Shown here: positions 26,115 to 28,337 of the stretch, in pieces
How positions within the stretch are numbered: position 1 is the stretch's first letter
Layout: each line of letters opens with the position of its first letter
Made by a program: the position numbers and the translations under genes
The notes under the pieces: model-generated
Told to the model about the DNA's origin: nothing
Databases searched by the model: none
The model's input: the letters and a program-made list of their open reading frames with translations, nothing else
DNA from: Promethearchaeota archaeon
GTDB taxonomy: Archaea > Asgardarchaeota > Lokiarchaeia > Sigyniarchaeales > SOKP01
DNA: 28,337 nucleotides
Assembly (NCBI GenBank): GCA_048939015.1
Contig: JBHLPW010000061.1
Location: 1 to 28,337 of the forward strand
Reading direction: 5' to 3'

Positions 26115-27034
26115 CTCAAATAGCAAATAAAAGTGCTTATTCTGAACATTTATTTCAATTCCGATCGGTAGAGAAAAGGAAACTTGTTTTATCTTTAACT
26201 ATTACTCTTGTTGTGATGATTATAGAGATTATAGGTGGAATAATTACAAATAGTATTGCCCTAATTAGTGATGCAGGTCATATGTTTACACATGCATTCG
26301 CAATTTCAATTAGTCTATTTGCGATTATTATTGCTCGAAAACCGCCTTGCCATCATAAAACTTTTGGTTTATACCGAGCAGAAGTTTTGGCAGCATTTAT
26401 TAATGGACTATTTCTCATCCCTATAGTAGGATTTATTATTTATGAAGCAATTTTGAGATTTCTTCATCCACAAGAGATTTTTGGATTATATATGTTAATT
26501 GTGGCTTTTATTGGTTTAAGTGTAAATATCACAAGTATTTTAATACTTCAAGGCAGTCAAAATTCCAGTCTAAATATAAAGAGTGTTTTTTATCATATGA
26601 TTGCTGATGCCGCTTCTTCAATTGGGATTGTTATTGCTGCTTTTATCATTATGTCAACTGGACTCGTAGTTCTTGATCCTATTGTGAGTATAGGCATAAC
26701 TATTGTAATACTCTACTGGGCATGGGGGATTTTGAAAGATTCTGTACGTGTTTTGCTTGAAATGGCACCAAAAGGAATAAATGCTGATACGATTGCAGAA
26801 CATTTAAAGGCAACCTTTCCTGAAATTATCGAGCTATATGATGCTCATCTTTGGACAATAATCCCCAATATGTTAATATATTCTGCTCATATTCATCTAA
26901 ATAAAGATATCATAATAAGTAATCAAGAAGATTTGATTGCAAAAATTAATGAATTCTTATCTGACAACTATAACATTATTGAATCAACTATACAAATAAT
27001 GTCAAAAGATCAAGTTAAAGCATGTAGTAACTAA
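26111..27034 (+). CDS. Cation diffusion facilitator (CzcD/ZitB-like Zn/Co/Cd exporter)
   Basis: 'SIALISDAGHM', 'TFGLYRAEVLAAFING', 'HMIAD', 'DAHLWTI' and 'STIQ' motifs. ATGA overlap with the OYE gene. Confidence 0.93.
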   Translation: MTQIANKSAYSEHLFQFRSVEKRKLVLSLTITLVVMIIEIIGGIITNSIALISDAGHMFTHAFAISISLFAIIIARKPPCHHKTFGLYRAEVLAAFINGLFLIPIVGFIIYEAILRFLHPQEIFGLYMLIVAFIGLSVNITSILILQGSQNSSLNIKSVFYHMIADAASSIGIVIAAFIIMSTGLVVLDPIVSIGITIVILYWAWGILKDSVRVLLEMAPKGINADTIAEHLKATFPEIIELYDAHLWTIIPNMLIYSAHIHLNKDIIISNQEDLIAKINEFLSDNYNIIESTIQIMSKDQVKACSN

Positions 27035-27136
27035 TCTTATGTGCTTTACAAATATAAAATAAACATTTAAATAATTCTATATCCCAAGATCATTATTATA
27101 TAATTATTTTACTTACAAGTTTAAGAGGAATATAAA

Positions 27137-27571
27137 ATGTCATCTGAAAGAAGTGTTGATTTGTTTGCTGGTTTGATATTAGTACTCAGTATTATAGCAA
27201 TTATTTTATTAGCAGCTTTAGATTTTGCTGGGTTTTATTTACCGAGTTATGGAGAAAGATATTCTTGCTTAAGTTGTGAATATAGTACTGCAGTGGATTT
27301 AGTGGCACAATGGATAATACTTATTTTATTAATACTACAGATAATTATTGCACTAAATGATCTTCTTCCTAATAGGTTTATTGATAAGGATCTTAGCCAA
27401 ATTGGCTTGATTTTAGCAGGACTCACAATTACTTTTTTCATTATTGGATTAGGTTCATTTGGAATAACATATATGGAATATGATTGGTGGTTATTGACTG
27501 GAGGATATGGTGTCGGTATTGCAGGTATACTCAATACAATTCTATTTTTCTTAAAATGGAGAAATAAATAA
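27137..27571 (+). CDS. Hypothetical 4-TM membrane protein with a CxxC in the first loop
   Basis: GAGG RBS, four hydrophobic segments, YSCLSCEY loop, and T-tracts after the stop. Confidence 0.8.
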   Translation: MSSERSVDLFAGLILVLSIIAIILLAALDFAGFYLPSYGERYSCLSCEYSTAVDLVAQWIILILLILQIIIALNDLLPNRFIDKDLSQIGLILAGLTITFFIIGLGSFGITYMEYDWWLLTGGYGVGIAGILNTILFFLKWRNK

Positions 27572-27690
27572 TTAATTCTTTTCAATTCTTTTTTTTCTTT
27601 TTTGAATATTTAGATTAGCTGGTTCCATTATAATTTACTTTTTTAAATTGAATAGCTTTTTTAATTTCATAACAGATATAAACTTAAATT

Positions 27691-28337
27691 ATGGAAAGAA
27701 ATTATAAATCCAATATACTTAAAATCTATATTTTTTCGTTTATTTTGGGAATTCACACTGTGAGAGGTGTGTATATACCCTTTATGACAATCTGGGGTGG
27801 TCTTTCATTTTTCCAGATAATGATTTTGCAAAGTTATTTTACTGCAATGATTGTTCTTCTTGAAATACCCTCTGGAGCAATAGCAGATTTCTTAGGACGT
27901 AAAACAGCATTGGTATTATCCGCATTTGTAGTAGCATGTGCAGCATTAACTTATAGTATAATTCCCAATTTTTACTTATTCATGCTCGCAGAAACCTTAT
28001 GGGCTTTTGGAGCAGCATTATCCTCAGGAACGAATGATGCATTTATATACTTCTCTTTAAAGTCATACAATAATGAAAAGAACCTTTCAAATGTATTGGG
28101 AAGATCTCGAACCTTGAATTTAGTAGCTTTAACAATATCCGCACCTATAGGATCTATTATCGCATATTTTATTTCGTTACAGTTTGCAATGACTTCTTTA
28201 GCATTTATCTATTTAGGTGCATTAGCAGTAGGATTAACATTTAGGGAACCAAGATTGAATACTAACAACTATAAACAGGAAAAATATTGGAGCATTATAA
28301 TATCTGGTTTTAAGGAATTGCGAAAAAACAAAATTTT
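27691..28337 (+). CDS. MFS transporter, 3'-truncated by the window edge (absent from ORF track)
   Basis: Manual translation MERNYKSNILKIYIFSFILG...LLEIPSGAIADFLGRK...ALSSGTNDAFIY..., open to the window end. EIPSG-x-x-AD-x-x-GRK is MFS motif A. Confidence 0.9.
   Translation, partial: MERNYKSNILKIYIFSFILGIHTVRGVYIPFMTIWGGLSFFQIMILQSYFTAMIVLLEIPSGAIADFLGRKTALVLSAFVVACAALTYSIIPNFYLFMLAETLWAFGAALSSGTNDAFIYFSLKSYNNEKNLSNVLGRSRTLNLVALTISAPIGSIIAYFISLQFAMTSLAFIYLGALAVGLTFREPRLNTNNYKQEKYWSIIISGFKELRKNKI

Noticed and set aside
27247-27585. 112-aa minus-strand ORF
   Set aside because: Antisense shadow of the 4-TM protein gene.

Overview
AT-rich, gene-dense archaeal chromosomal segment. It most likely comes from an Asgard archaeon (Lokiarchaeia-like), inferred from a longin+roadblock protein, a TrmB regulator, GGTGA/GGAG ribosome-binding sites, oligo-T terminators and frequent TTG/GTG starts. 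Most genes are ordinary: a TPR protein, two ABC export systems, Fe-S proteins, an HtpX protease, nitroreductase, thioredoxin, two MFS transporters, an OYE flavin oxidoreductase and a CDF transporter. The standout is a ~4.85 kb block (6659-11511) bracketed by a ~110 bp diverged direct repeat that duplicates the upstream region and first ~12 codons of the neighbouring Fe-S gene. Inside is a translationally coupled three-gene operon. Gene 1 is a receptor-like GNAT acetyltransferase (signal anchor, extracellular domain, TM, GNAT) whose frame is open ~100 codons upstream of the tracked ATG and probably starts at ATT. Gene 2 has SelO/YdiU-like pseudokinase motifs. Gene 3 is a coiled-coil/helical protein. 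A second notable locus pairs a membrane-tethered bPH_2-XRE fusion with an XRE regulator missing from the ORF track (apparent CTG start), upstream of an ABC exporter. No rRNA, tRNA, CRISPR array, integrase or transposase was recognised. All family assignments are from motif reading by eye, without database searches.
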